From contig NW_015161978.1 of assembly GCF_001447785.1 (NCBI RefSeq), positions 411,483-475,482 of the forward strand: a stretch of 64,000 nt of DNA, in the 5' to 3' direction. This DNA comes from Gekko japonicus. Taxonomy: Eukaryota. Positions 11,605 to 25,104 of this stretch are shown here, in pieces (within the stretch, counting starts at the first letter, position 1; every line of letters begins with the position of its first letter). Below the pieces are notes generated by a model. It worked only from the letters and a program-made list of their open reading frames with translations. It did no database searches and was not told the DNA's origin. A program made the position numbers and the translations under genes.

Positions 11605-13053
11605 TGTGAAGGGCAGTCCGCCACTATGTTCTCCCAACCAGCCACATGGATCGCATTTATGGAAAGAATCTGGGCTTCCGCCCAATGAATCAACTTGCTT
11701 GCCTCCCCGTTTGAAGCGCGTGCCTCCTTGGCGGATGACATACGCCTTGGCTGTCATATTGTCGGTCTGGATCAATCTAACATATAAGTCAATACATGAC
11801 TGCCCTGTATCAAATTGTGAATTTTTTCCAGCACCAGTCTGACAGCCCTTAATTTGAGAAGGTTCATACTGCTCATTCTTTCTTTCACAGTCCAAGTGTT
11901 CTGCACCATACTGCCTTCTGCATGAGCACCCCATCCGAACAGACTCGCATCCGTTGTGATGACTATCCTGGGAGGTTCCCGGAGAGGTACTCCAGAAAAC
12001 GATTCGGATCCAGCCACCATTGCAATTGCTCTCACTGACTGTGGGGCCTCGACTTCCTCGACTTCCCAAATCCTCTTCTGCGCAATGTCTGCTTGAAAGG
12101 GAAGCAAAAAGATTTGTAGCATCCTTGTATGGAACCTGGACTATTGCAGCACCTCCTGACACGATACCTGCATCCCCAGAAGTTGAGCCAAATGCATTAC
12201 TTCTACCCTCTGGGCCTGCGCGATTTTCTGTGTCCATTGCTGTGGTTTCTGTTTACGTTCTTGTGACAGGAATGCCCCTGGCCAAATCGATTTTGACACC
12301 TAGATGCTGAATCACCTGAGATGGAATTAATGAACTCTTTTTAAAATTCACAACGATCCCATGACGTTCCAGTTCTCTCAATGTTATCTGCAAAGATTGC
12401 AGGGTCTCCTGATGTGGTGGCTCCTTTACAAGAATGTCGTCTAAATACGGAAAAAGTGAGACTCCCATCATCCTCAAGTACGCCACCAGTGTCACCAGAA
12501 TCTTGGTGAACACTCTGGGTGAAGACTTGAGGCCAAAGGGGAGAGCCCGATACTGGTAATGCTCTCTGTCGTAGGCAAATCTCAGATACTTCCGATGTGA
12601 CTCTCTTATTGGTACATGAAGATACGCTTCCAATAAGTCTATTGAAGCCATGTAGTCTCCCTTTTGTATGGCCGCTAGAATCGACTTCACTGTCTCCATC
12701 TTGAATTTCTTGGTGACTACCCATTTGTTCAACCATTTGAGGTCCAGAATCGCTCTGACCTCTCCACTTTTCTTTGGAACAGCAAACAAGGTAGAATAAA
12801 CTCCGTGAGACCTCTCTGAGATCGGAACTTGTTCTATGGCCCCTATTTCTATCAGATGAGCAATTGCCAAGAGCAGTGAAGCGTGTTTTGTTTCTGACTT
12901 TTTTCTTGGGATCTCCATGAAATGATTCTGAGGCAAGGAGTGGAACTCTAGGGACACTGATTCTAGAACCCACCTGTCCGAAATGGATTCCGTCCAAATT
13001 TGTGCAAACTCTAAAAGACAACCTCCTATTCTTTCTTTGTTCGGCATAGTCAT
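11605..13053 (-). pseudogene. DIRS pol: reverse transcriptase and RNase H (frameshifted)
   Basis: RT motifs FAVPKKSGEVRAILDL, SIDLLEAYLHVPI, LPFGLKSSP and YLDD. RNase H motifs ITTDASLFGWGAH, TDN and HVAGWENIVAD. Confidence 0.93.
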
Positions 13054-14450
13054 GCCGAGGTTCCCTTTCTTGGACCCTTGGTGTTCTGGCGCTGTTTAGA
13101 GGAGAAGGACTGAGCTCTCGAATCCTTGGGCTTTGGCTGCCATCTGTCCCGAAAGGACCTAGCATATGTCGGTTTAGACTCCCTTCTACTGTCACGAAAG
13201 GGCTGAGAGCGACGTCTATCTCTGCTCTCTTTCTTCTTGGAAGGGAGAACCTTCTTTTTATCCTTGTTCTCCCACAAGGTACTTCTCGAGGCCTTCTCCA
13301 AAGAGGTTAGTGCCCTTAAACGGCACTGCTGCAACCTTAGTTCGTGCAGAGGGGTCCACGTCCCAGCTCCTCAGCCAAGTATTCCGTCGAGCTGTGACGC
13401 TGCAAGCAATTCCTCTCGCGGACTGTTGCACAGAATCGAGAGTGGCATCTGCCACAAAAGCCGTGGCCAAAGGGATTTTCTTCAGCTCATCCTTGAGGTC
13501 CTTTGGAATGCCGCTGTCTGCCTTAGCCAAATCTGAGGCCCATGTGTAGGCCGCCCTAGCGAATAAGGAACCTGTCACTGATGCTCTGAGGGCATTAGCA
13601 GAGGCTTCAAAATCCTTTCTCAAGGCCTGCTCAATCCTCTTATCACTATTTTCCTTTGGAAGTCCATCAGCTCTCAGCTCCCATTGGAAGCACCGACGTA
13701 GATACCAAGTTATTAATAGGATCATCTACAACTGGCAGTCTGAGTTTCTTTGATGCCTCTGGAATGAGAGAATATAATTTTACAAAAACAGAATGTGTGG
13801 CTTTTGGTTTTTCAGGGTTTTCCCTCTCAGCTTTCATCACTTTGTAGAAAGCTGCTGGTAAAGGAACCCCTGTTGGTTTACTATGAGTCTTGGGGATGGC
13901 TTTGTCTGACCCAGTGGTAAACTCAAGAGTCATCCTCCTCATGCTCTTTGGGAGTGTAAGACAATTCCAGCGTTCTAATGACCTTGGGCAAAAGCTTATT
14001 GTAAAGTTCTTGAGGGAAAGCCTTGACTGCACCACTGGCACAATTTCTTCTTCCTCGTCTGATAACTTCCCCTCTTCCTTGGGAGAATCAGAACCATCAG
14101 AATCAGGGTCTGAGCCTGCCTCACTTGCTATGAGATCCTTTTGAGACTTAGAACTTCTTTTTTGTTGTTTACTGGAAATGGGGCTATCCATATCACTGGA
14201 ACTGTGTCTTTTAGAACCTCCTGGACCCTGAGAGGAATCCAGCTTTATTAAAGTTGTGGGATTCCTGCCATAGAGCCCTAAACTCCTTTTTCATTTCAGA
14301 TTTCATCCAAGAGAGAACATTTGCTTGAGCTTTCTCTCCTGGATTCTCTGTCATTTGAGTAAAGGGGGCCTTAGGGGAGTCAGGCAACTCAAATTGGCAT
14401 GTAGTCTCCTATACTTCCTGGTTGGAGGAAGTTCCAGCCTTAGCAGCCAT
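13050..14450 (-). pseudogene. DIRS gag/ORF1 (LAP2alpha-like C-terminal domain), disrupted
   Basis: Probable start MAAKAGTSS at 14450, a Ser/Asp-rich linker, then LRLPVVDDP, DKRIEQALRKDF and ARRNTWLRSW..PFKGTNLFGE. Confidence 0.85.
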
Positions 14451-15293
14451 GTTGATCAGGCCTCTGCAAAAATGAAAGTAACACTTTGTTGCAGAGTGCA
14501 GCCTCCTGCCCTTTCTCTCTTCCCCTCCCCCTGCTGTAATCCAGAAAAAAGGAGAGCTTCCCGGGATAATGCAGGGGAAAACGAAACCTCTCACTCCTGA
14601 ATGGCCCAAGGGAAAAAAAACCCGGGGAGAAAGGATAGAGAAAAAGATCCCTGCACAAGGCCAGCATCACCTTACACACCCTCCAAACAGGCGTGCTTCT
14701 GAGCAGGCTTCCCTGCAGTTTAATTGCAGGCAGCCAGTGACCCCAAGGGAAAATTCGGGGGGGGGGGGAGGAAGGATATAACTCCCCCCCCCAATCAGAG
14801 GATCTCTTACCACCTCCGATTCCATGACCAGCTCTCCGAACACTCAACGCCCCTGGAAGCTGCACAGGAAGAAGGAAAAGGAGCCAGTCATTGGTGCGCC
14901 TCTCCCAGACTCTGCCACAGCCGCGTCTGTCCCTCCAAAGGCACCTTCCTCCACTGCAGCCCTCCAGAGCCTACAGCCCAAAGGCAGGGACCAGGAAAAG
15001 GGAGCGCGCTCAACTAGCCCCCCCCCCCGCTAGGAGCGAGGCGCGGGAGGCAACTATGCAGCGTTGCTGTTCCCCGGGGATTACCCAGGTCCCCGTACAC
15101 GTACGCCAAAATTCTTAGAAGCAGTCACTGACACCGAAGGGGGGGGGTTGGGTAGTTCAGGGAGGAAAAAATCTCTACCTGCTACAGCCCCTTAGGTTCC
15201 CTTTCTTGGCGCTTCTCTTTGTAATTCTTCTCCACGTGTGCTCCACAGGAACACAGTCCGCTAACGTCCTGCTCGAAAGGCAGGGCCGGATAG

Positions 15294-15427
15294 ACTGGGA
15301 TGCAGGAGCACAAGCCACTCCCCTCTCCATGACGAAAGAGTCTGCCGGCCCTGCAGTTGGAGGCAAGGAGCTGTTTCCCAGGAGTAAGGAGTCTGGAGGA
15401 CTGCCCCACTCCTGGATCACCGGGGAA
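15294..15427 (-). repeat. DIRS B left ITR
   Basis: Inverted copy of 9604-9735; its outer ~50 bp are complementary to ICR 10011-10062. Confidence 0.92.
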
Positions 15428-16490
15428 GCATCCTGCACACAGCTGGTCCTCTATAAAAAACAATAATAAATAAATTCTTCCATCAAAAGACAATGTCCTT
15501 AAATGCTGCACCATATCCATTCTCAAATGACCATGTGCATCTAGGCAACACAAATCTTCAACCTTAACAAGATGCCAAGGAATAAGTTAACAAAATGAGA
15601 TAATATGACATGATGGTCGTTTCTATTACATTGTGTTGTACTGATGAAGACAATGATTATTTATATACAGATGATCTGTGCAGCTCACTTGGAGATACTT
15701 TCCAAACCTCCAGATCGCTAATTTCAGCTTTTGAAAAACATTGAGGTAAATGTCAACTCAAGTACTGTGTGCAAAACATCCCCTTTGACAATTAGACCCT
15801 GTTTTGTCCATAACCTTGCTTATAAGGAAGTGACTGGGGAGTCTGTTATTTCAGATCTCACCATGTCAGCTCAGCTAGAGCACTGCCTACAACTGGTGGC
15901 AAAGCTCCCAAGTGTTGCATGATAGGGTCACCGTAAGGACCTGTCCAGCCAATTACTTATTCCAGGTAGAAGACAAAGGAGACCTGATTTCCTCCTAATT
16001 TGTACAAATAATACACAGGGTATTTTCAAATCTAGGGTTTAGACTTATATATTACTCTGCAAAGAAGGAGAATGACAACATCAGCATACCTGACTACCAT
16101 GTTAGAACAGATAAGCAAGAAGCGGGGGGAAAGGGCTGCTATTTCAAGTAAACGCTTGAGTCAATTTCTAATTCTTGCACAATTCATCTCACAACGTTAT
16201 TACCACCATTAAAGTTCCTGATCTAGTGATTCATTTCTTTCCCACTCTATATCTGAATCACAAGTGACTGTGGAAAATTAACAAGATTAGCAGATAACAC
16301 AAAATGTATCATGGCAGTACCTGGACTGGTAGGTTACATCAGACAACCTCTCTCATAATTCTAGTATTATATATTATACAGGACTTCTTGCACAATGGGA
16401 AGACAGACACCTCAATGACTCAATGAGTCATTGGGACCTACTGAATTTTTTTCAAGAAATTGTGTTTGTGCATTTGAGCCACTCTCTAGA

Positions 16491-17657
16491 CAGGTGTTGG
16501 AACTCATTTGTTACAAGGGCTCAATCTGATATATTTATCACTTTGTCGGGCCAGGCCATGTGTGTCCTAAAATGTAATGCCAGATACCAGAGTTATTTTG
16601 CCACTGACTGTGACCTACACCCCTCAGCACCGAACTAACCAACCCTTTGCTTGATATCTGATAGCCTGGTAAGGAACCTGGAATATGGCGATTGTTATAA
16701 CTGGATGCCGAAAGAATGCCACCATTGTTTACTTGCACTGCTAGCACTTTGCATTTTGTTGTGGTTTTAACTGTTTTATCTGTTTTAATATTGGTATAAT
16801 GTATTTTTAGACTGTAAGTCGCCCTGAGCCTGCCTTCGCGGGAAGGGTGGGATATAAATAAAATAAATACGCACAAGAAGTGTTGCACAGCAAAGAAAGC
16901 TATTGCCCGACAATCAAGGTGCAACAACCAGAGACTCTCATGGCTCTTTAAGGACTAACACGTTTCAGAAGCTTCTGATGAGCTGGAGCATGACTTGCTG
17001 CATTTCTTTGCCACAGGCGCAGCAGCCAAAGACAAGTGGCCAAGTGGCATCAACCAGGGGAACACACCTCCCTCTCTCAAAGTCCCAAATTCAGAAACAA
17101 GCTTGAACCACAAGAGGAACTGCAATGCTCCCCAGAATCTCAAGCAAGTTCAAGCACTTACACTCTCCAAAGATGTCAGCTCCACTTTAATTGCCTTTTG
17201 CGGACTTTTATTTCCTGCCAGCTCTATGGCATTATCCAACCACCCAAAATATTATTCACCATGTGCAAGCGCACAGACTACCATCCAGCACCTGCCTCTG
17301 CCATGTGCAAACCCAGCCTGCTTTTCTGAATGCCTGCTCCTGTCCTTCACCTTTGCCTCCCCCCCCCCCTTCTATTCAGACTGTTACATATGGTGGCGCT
17401 TGTATGCAGGAAGCTTGTATGCAGAAAGGAGTATGTATATGTTTCAGCTTCACCTCTTGTTTAATCCTCCTGTGCTGCTGAGGGAGGGAGGAGAAGAGCC
17501 ACGCACATTTGGGTCAACAGGTTAACAGGCTCCAGCTAACCAGACTCAGCGGGCCTCCTCTGCCCCTGACCCTCGGCGTTCTGCACACATGGCACTTGCT
17601 TAAGGGCTGGATAAGAGCCCCGGATAGGTTGTTCCAGCCAAATGTTTGACATGTCTG
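16491..17657. mobile_element. Non-autonomous hAT (Charlie-like) DNA transposon, about 1.2 kb, with a nested L2 3' tail (about 16610-16870)
   Basis: Ends CAGGTGTTGGAAC and GTTTGACATGTCTG are each flanked by CTCTAGA. The 5' ~110 bp match the element at 25486. Confidence 0.7.
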
Positions 17658-18018
17658 CTCTAGAATAATGAACAAAATGACATTTTAGCCTCCAAAGTAA
17701 TCACTGTACCTAATAACTAAGAACTGGTCCCAGTGTTAAACTCAAAATTTGAGGATAGCCCCCCCCCCCGGTTCCTAAAAGTAGACATACATGCACAGGC
17801 ACTGTAAAAATATATTAGACCATCACAGCAATTCAAAATGATGCGAGAATACTGGAGGTGGCAAGGAGATGATGACAGGATGATGTGGGGGCTATGAGGG
17901 TGATTTTCCTGTCCTCCTATTTTTTTGTGGGTCTTCCTCTTATACTCTATATTAAGCTATCTCTTATCATTTGTAAATATTGACACCTCCCAGAATGCCT
18001 CTGGTGTGTTGTTGATAG

Positions 18019-18174
18019 AAAGTGCCATCAAATTTCAGCTGATTCATGGCAACCCCCATGGGGTGTTCAAGGCAAGAGACATTCAGAGGTGGCCTGCCAT
18101 TGCCTGCCTCTGTGTCATGAGCCAGGTATCCCTTGAAGGTCTTCCATCCAAATACTACCCAGGACTGACCCTGC
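18019..18174 (-). mobile_element. 5S rRNA-derived SINE, partial
   Basis: Reverse complement GCAGGGTCAGTCCTGGGTAGTATTTGGATGGAAGACC matches the 5S internal control region; the body is shared with the copies at 27.6 and 34.3 kb. Confidence 0.75.
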
Positions 18175-21100
18175 CTCTGGTGTGTTACTGATGCTACATT
18201 CGTTTTTGTCAATTATCTAACTTTGAAACTTGTTACTTCAGATATGTCATAGTCATACCAGTGAGAATTATGAACAGAAGATCCTCAACCATGCTGTATC
18301 ACAAAGAGCAACTGGAAACTTCCCTTAGATGCAGCACACAGACCACTATGTCACCAGGAGTTGCCGACAATATACTAAATAAAAGCTCAGAAACAGGAAG
18401 ATAATGCACATCTATCCTTTGTCTCCAGAATGTGGTAATCAGAAGTTATACTACCTCTGAATACTTAAGTTTGTTCCTAAACATAAAGGCCTCGGTTACC
18501 TATAAACAGTACACATTCATCTAATTATTTAAAGTGATTATTTCTCACTGCTTGTAATAATTTTTGGCAACTATCTTCTTCTTGTTGAATAGAATGCTGA
18601 TGAATTGCTAGAAGAACTGTCTTGGCACAGAATTAACATTATCACTCTCTTTGTTGAAATGATAATGTTTCCAGCCAGTCAGAATTGCCAGCTTTTAAGA
18701 ATTAATTGACAACACCCCGCATTTAAGCAATAACCTTTGTTTACCTGTATCCCTAATCATTTTCCAATGAGCACCAATTTGTCCACAATATTGCTGACAG
18801 TGTTCTTATTTTAGCTAACATAAAATTTAGTTTTTAAAAAATCTTACTGATTTAGCCATTGCTTTCTGAAAAGACCATGCTATGTAATAAAGAAGCTCTC
18901 TGGCCAAGCAAGGCTCTTTATTAGCTGCTTCCCAAAATGAATGGTTTCTTCCTAAAATTTGGTAGGTCTTTATCCTCTGGCTTCACCCTTACGAATGAAG
19001 AGATTCTGGGCTCAGTTCTGCACTTAAACCTGTGATGCAGGTGCACTGTCGTCAGCAATTCCAGAACACACTGGAAGCCCCTTAAGCTGTAGCATTTGCT
19101 GAACCCTGGAATGCTTAATAAAACTAGTGTTAAAATGATGAGATGCATCTATTTCATAAAACTTCATTACAGAGACAGCTTCCCGAACATTACTGCAGCA
19201 TACTATACACGGTGCCAAATGCAAATTCAACTTTTAGATTGTAAATAATTTTTGAAGTCCATGTTTATTGGGGAGTCTGATTTATGAATGATTTAAGAAT
19301 CAAAAAAGGAGCATAGCTTCTTAGATTAAATTGATGTTCTGACATATAGCATGTAAAGAACTGATTATGCTGTATTCCACTCAAAAGCTATTAAGTTAAC
19401 AAACAAATAAAAACCCTATTTGTTGTCAAAATGATGTTGTTCTTAGAAAAATTGTTTTCCACATCTTTATGATGAAAACACCATGGGATGCATGCTATAT
19501 TGAGCCAAGTTTTTAAAATCACCCATCATTTTTGCTAGAGTTTTCCCCTTGAATCAGATAAATACACCACAGAGAAAGAAGGACTTCTGTTACCCTGGCT
19601 GCATAGTAGCTGCTTTCCCCTAAGTAGCTCCTATATGACTGGATTAATACTTAAATGATCCAGCCACATCAGCAGCGGCCAAATGCCCTATAACAGAATA
19701 TGATCCAGGGATGGGGGGGGGAATCAATTTGCCTCTGCCCTCCTGCCTGGATTATTTAAATGATCACAGAAAAGGAGCTCTTGTGCAACTATGGTAACAC
19801 TCTAAGGAGCTCTAAGTTCCATGTTTTCATGAATAAGAGCACAAGATCCTTTAGGATGTTCGAGGCACTCAGAACTTGGGGATATATGATACATGACTCC
19901 CTGGCTAGGAACACAGCAGCATTCAGCTATAACCTACCTCTAACCAGCAACTACTCAGTACACCAGGGTTGGTTGTTTAGGTGTGCACTTAAAACAGCTA
20001 AAAAGTGCACCCCTTTAAAAAGTAACATGTGTAATGGCCTACCCTGAGAACTGGGATCAGAGGCTGGACCACCAGCTAAATCCCCTGCCTTCTGATTTGT
20101 TTTCATTAGCCTTAAGAAAGTGCAAACATTTCTTTCATTGACTTAGAAAAGCTCACCAAAAATTAAACAAAAAACTCCCCACAAAGTTTAAGGCTGTTGC
20201 CTTAGGTGAATACAAAAGCAAGGAATATAGGAGAAAGGTCATACTGTGGGAGAGAGGAGGGGGAAACTCGAAAGCCTGAATAAGCCTATTATGTTCATAG
20301 GGTGGTGAGTCTGTCCTGCACTTTTAGCTCCAAATTTAAGCTTGGGTCTATATACTGAACATTAGAACGCAGTGACTGGCCCTTGAGTCTCAAGAGAGCC
20401 CCTGAGAGACTGGGCGCTTGGGAAGCATTTCTAGAGTCTAGCTCTGCAATGGATCCAAACACATATTAGCAGAACAGTTGAACAGGAAAAAGGATGAAGG
20501 GGAAATAGGCTAGGAGGAGGCTAAATATCTCACAGGGAGTTGCAGTTCAACAGTCAGAAATGTTATGGGGTTCCTTCCTCCCCCCCCCAGAGACTGTGGT
20601 GGGGGGCGGTTGTTGGCAGAGATCGGGCGATGGCAAAGGGGCTTGCTGGTGTGGTCAAGCAGCAGAATGGGACCCATAAATATTATCTTTCCTGAAGACC
20701 AATTTTTCCCTAAAGGTTTATTTTATAAAGAAAAATAAGGGAACTGATGGATGGCGAAGGATAAGGATGATTCTGTATCAATCCACCTCCCCTTCTTTTG
20801 GTAAAAGTGCAATAATCTGTAAAAATAAAAGCTGCAAAACAGTATTGCAGAAGATCTGGCATTTTCTTTTCCCCTTTCCATTTACAATTGCCAAACTGTC
20901 TTTTCTGCTTTTTATGTAAAACTGCAGATGTCTTCTTATTAATCAGAATCCTAATACATTCCAGATGAATAAACAACTTTAGAGCTATAGCACGTTCTAC
21001 TCTTTTTAAACCCAGGATTTATTATAGGAACTTGTTCCAAAATCTCTTAACTTAAAAAAGATGGTTTATTGTTTCTTGCTCCTACAGCAGGGGCCTAATA

Positions 21101-22540
21101 AATGCACTGGAACTGAGTCTTTGTCCACTTGCAATACAGTGTTCAAGGAGGTTTCTAGTCTTGTGCCGTGTTAACGCTATCCAAATTCTTTGAAACTACA
21201 AATAACTTGCTCATACTACATCTCCAGCATTCTGAAAACATCACATAGCATCTGTTATGTTAATAACAACACTGTGCAATATTGCTCCATGAGCCTTTGC
21301 AGCACACATGCACACACACAACACACACACACAGAATATTCACCACTGTCATCCAAAGTACTCACTAAAATACAAACGTACTGTTTTTAAAGGGTAATTT
21401 GTTTTTCTTAGCTATTCAACATTAAAACAAGATAAATTTAGGAGAATCTACAGCTTAGCATCATTGAACTTAATGTATAACTATGATTTTATGGTGCTAA
21501 ATGTTTTTAGAAAGTTTAGTTTGCAATCAAACAATTTAAACATTAAATTATCCACAGCAATCATTCTCTTACAGTGTTTGCAGTTTTTCAGAAATGAAGG
21601 GGGGGAAAGGTTCTCTCCATGTAGTAATTTTTAAAAGGGCAAAAAAAGAAATAATGACGCAGTCTAAAAGTATACATTATCCTGATGCATAGCTAAAAGC
21701 TTATTTATTTCATAACACATACAGCCCTCTTACAACCTCTTGCTCACAAATACATTTGTCAATACAAGATTTCTAAGAGTGGTTCTAAATATAGGACTTT
21801 TATGTGTACAGAAATACAAGCGAGACCCTAAAGGTTATAGTAATAACATATTAAAGTAATTTGAATTAAAGAATAAAAAAGAGCAGAGTCTTTGAGGTGA
21901 TAAGGAAATAAAGGTAGCTGAATGGTTCCAAGTAACATTAACTATGCCAAGCCAGACTTAATTTTCTGCAAATATGCATGTACAAAATAACATTTTATAC
22001 ATTCTTCAATATTCAGAATTGATAGTTACCTACTAAAATGATAGGCTCAGTAGTCTTTTACACAATGAAGTTGAACCCTTTTCTGTTTATTTGCCAATAT
22101 TTTATCCTCTGCATGAGTTAAAGCACACAAAAGTTGCAAAACATCTGCATACAAGGAAGAGTTCAGCAGAGGCATCCACTTGCTAAAGAAGTTTGCAGAT
22201 TTGTTGACCATCACTCAGCCATGGTTCCAAAGCACAAAGAGAAATACTTTTCAACCCAAAGACGCAGAGTCAAGTATATTAATTTCCTATCAACCCAGTA
22301 ACTGAATGCAACCAGGGGAGGATTTTACATGAGTTCAACTTCTTCCTCAGTAGCTTTTTACACTTCAGATATGTATATTAAATGTGCTGGGTTGGTGAAA
22401 ATTCATGAGCTAACATTGTCCAAGCCTCCACATGTTTAACTGCAGGCTGGGACAGTGTCCATGTTGCCATGCTGCCTCCATTTCATCCTTGTTAACTCCA
22501 TCTTTGAGGCTCAGACCTCTTGCCTCCAAGTTTCAGCAAA

Positions 22541-23551
22541 TAGAATCATAGAATCATAGAATGTTAGAGTTGGAAGGTACCTTGCAGGTCCTCTAGTCCA
22601 ACCCCCTGCACTCTGCAGGAGCATAGCCAAAAGATAGCCCTACAACATACCCGAAAGATGGTAGTCCAACCTCCACTTGAAAACATCCAGTGAAGGAGCA
22701 TCCACCACATCCCAAGGCAGACTGTTCCACTGCTCAACCACTCTTACAGTTAGGAAGTTTTTTCTGATATTTAGCCGGTAATGACTCCCATGTAATTTCC
22801 ACCCATTAGATCTAGTCTTGCAATCCGGATCAAGAAAGAATAAATCTGCTCCATGTTCTACATGACAGCCCTCCAAATACTTGAAGACTGCAATCATGTC
22901 CCCTCTAAGCCTTCTCTTTCCCAGACTAAACATACCCAACTCCCTCAGCCTTTCCCTGTAAGACTTGGACTCAAATCCTCTCACCATCCTGGTTGCCCTC
23001 TTCTGGACACGCTCGAGCTTGTCAACATCCTTCCTAAAATGTGGTGCCCAAAACTGGACACAGTACTCCAGGTGAGGCCTGACCATAGCAGAATAGAGCG
23101 GAACTACCACCTCCCGTGATCTGGACATAATGATTCTGTTAATGCATCCTAAGATTGCATTAGCTTTCTTCACAGCCACATTGCACTGCAGGCTCATGTT
23201 TAGCTTGTGATCAACCAGAACACCCAGATCCCTTTCACATGTGCTGCTGTCAAGCCAAGTACCTCCCATTCTATATCTGTGCCTTTGATTTTTTGTACCT
23301 AAGTGTAGGATTTTGCACTTCTCTCTATGGAAATTCATTTTATTTGTCTCAGCCCACTGTTCCAGCCTATCTAGATTATTTTGAATCCTGACTCTGTCTT
23401 CTTCAGAATTAGCAATCCCACCCAGCTTCGTGTCATCTGCAAATTTGATAAGCATCCGCTCTATGTCTTCCTCCAGGTCATTTATAAAAACACTGAACAA
23501 CACCGGGCCTAGGACCGAGCCCTGCGGCATTCCACCCGAGACTTCCCTCCA
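22541..23551 (-). mobile_element. CR1 LINE, 5'-truncated, with an uninterrupted 296-codon RT C-terminal frame (22640-23530)
   Basis: PQGSVLGPVLF, FADDTKL and RPHLEYCVQFWAP; 3' octamer tail (ATTCTATG)n at 22541-22562. Confidence 0.96.
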
Positions 23552-25104
23552 CGTCTCTGGCCACCACAGAAAAGGGGTACTGGAAGCAAAACCATGCTTG
23601 ATTCAGATTAAGTTAACTGAGATGCACAGGCATCCAATAAAGCTCAAGCCCTGTTCATAGTCCATCTTGCCTGTGCATACATAAATCTGCATAAATCTGT
23701 TTGTAAGAAAAAACTAATGTGCAATCACTTTACAAATGAAACTGAAGACCAGTGCATGGGTAAATGTGGAATTTAAATCACGTATCATGCATTGAGTATA
23801 ACATGAGAATCACTCAACACATGTAAGAAATATCAACAGTACATTGTACACACATTGAACATATGTTTACTGTAACTTGTGAACATGGCTTCTCTTTCAT
23901 CTAGAATCAGCATTCAGACCATTAACCAAGGAAACCCAAATCTCATCAGTGGCCTTTCTGCCACTACAGACCCTGTCACGACTACCACATCCAATTTCCT
24001 TCTTAAGACTGGTGTCCAAACTGTGGCAAACTATCTCCATTCCAACCTTTACACAAGTTTGAACCTGCCCTCAATCTCTCACCTTCTGTAGTGGTTCCAA
24101 TATTACCTTATTTTTATTTACAGGACACTCATATATCCATGTACAAAATACAGTTAACAACTTAAACATGTGAATGCTCTGTATCAACTTTAAATTGATC
24201 ACAAGTAGATCAGGACACCTTCAGCTACTACTTTCTCTCCCATCATGTTCCGTACATATTATTTCAAGTTTGAATAGGCTATAATTATTAGCTATTAAAC
24301 TGAACCTTCCTAATCTGGGGGAAATCCAGGATTTGAAATATGCTGTAAATTTACTCAAGAGTTAAAAGATTTAACATTTTATTCAATCAGCAATAGCAGT
24401 ACAATACTGTGAGGTATTTATTGTCTCAATTCAAGTGTACAGATCTACTGTATTTCCGGTTTATAAGCAGGTTACAACCCCTAAAAATGAATATAATGGT
24501 GAGAAGCTTGGGGTTGGAATGTTAGCACAGTGGTAAATACTTCTGTTCTCTACAGAGAGATTTCACAGATGGGATTTAGAAAGACTCTTTTCCATGAACT
24601 TTTAACTGCTGTATTCCCACAGTGGTGACAAAATGGTGCTAACAGTGGAAACACGAAATCAGATCCTCCTCAGCTGGTGACTTTCTGCTACCTACTCAAT
24701 GCATTCTAAATCCTTTTGCTTCCAGTTTTTGCACTATGACCTAAGCTACATGTTTTTAAAGGTGTATTTTTAAACACACACACCCAAAATCCACATTTTT
24801 TGTGTTTATTCTAGTCATAGGGAAGAATAAGAAGCTTTGTAGAGCAGTTAAGTCCTTCTCTTACAATTAATGAAATTTCTTATCCGTCCTCTTCAAACCT
24901 GGCCAGTTTCATATATGCACTGGAGTACTGCACTGTGCTGTATGTAGGGATGTTCTTGAAGACAATTCAGACCCTTCAGTGGATACAAAATTGTACAGTT
25001 TAACTGCTGAAGGCTTCAAGCCAGGCTTTCTACTACCTATCTTGAAACGGCCAATTCATTGCAAGAGGCTAATTTTAACCTTTAAAGCCTTAAGATGCTG
25101 AAAG

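Larger units (their letters stand above)
9568..15427 (-). mobile_element. Full-length DIRS1-type tyrosine-recombinase retrotransposon B (about 5.9 kb, decayed ORFs)
   Basis: Inverted terminal repeats at 9604-9735 and 15294-15427, right-end extension 9568-9603, and ICR 9951-10062. Domain order gag, RT, RNase H, MT, YR. No TSD. Confidence 0.95.

Noticed and set aside
16995-17525. 176-aa ORF (and the similar 183-aa ORF at 57164-57715)
   Set aside because: No recognisable motifs and non-ATG starts; the first lies inside a non-autonomous transposon.
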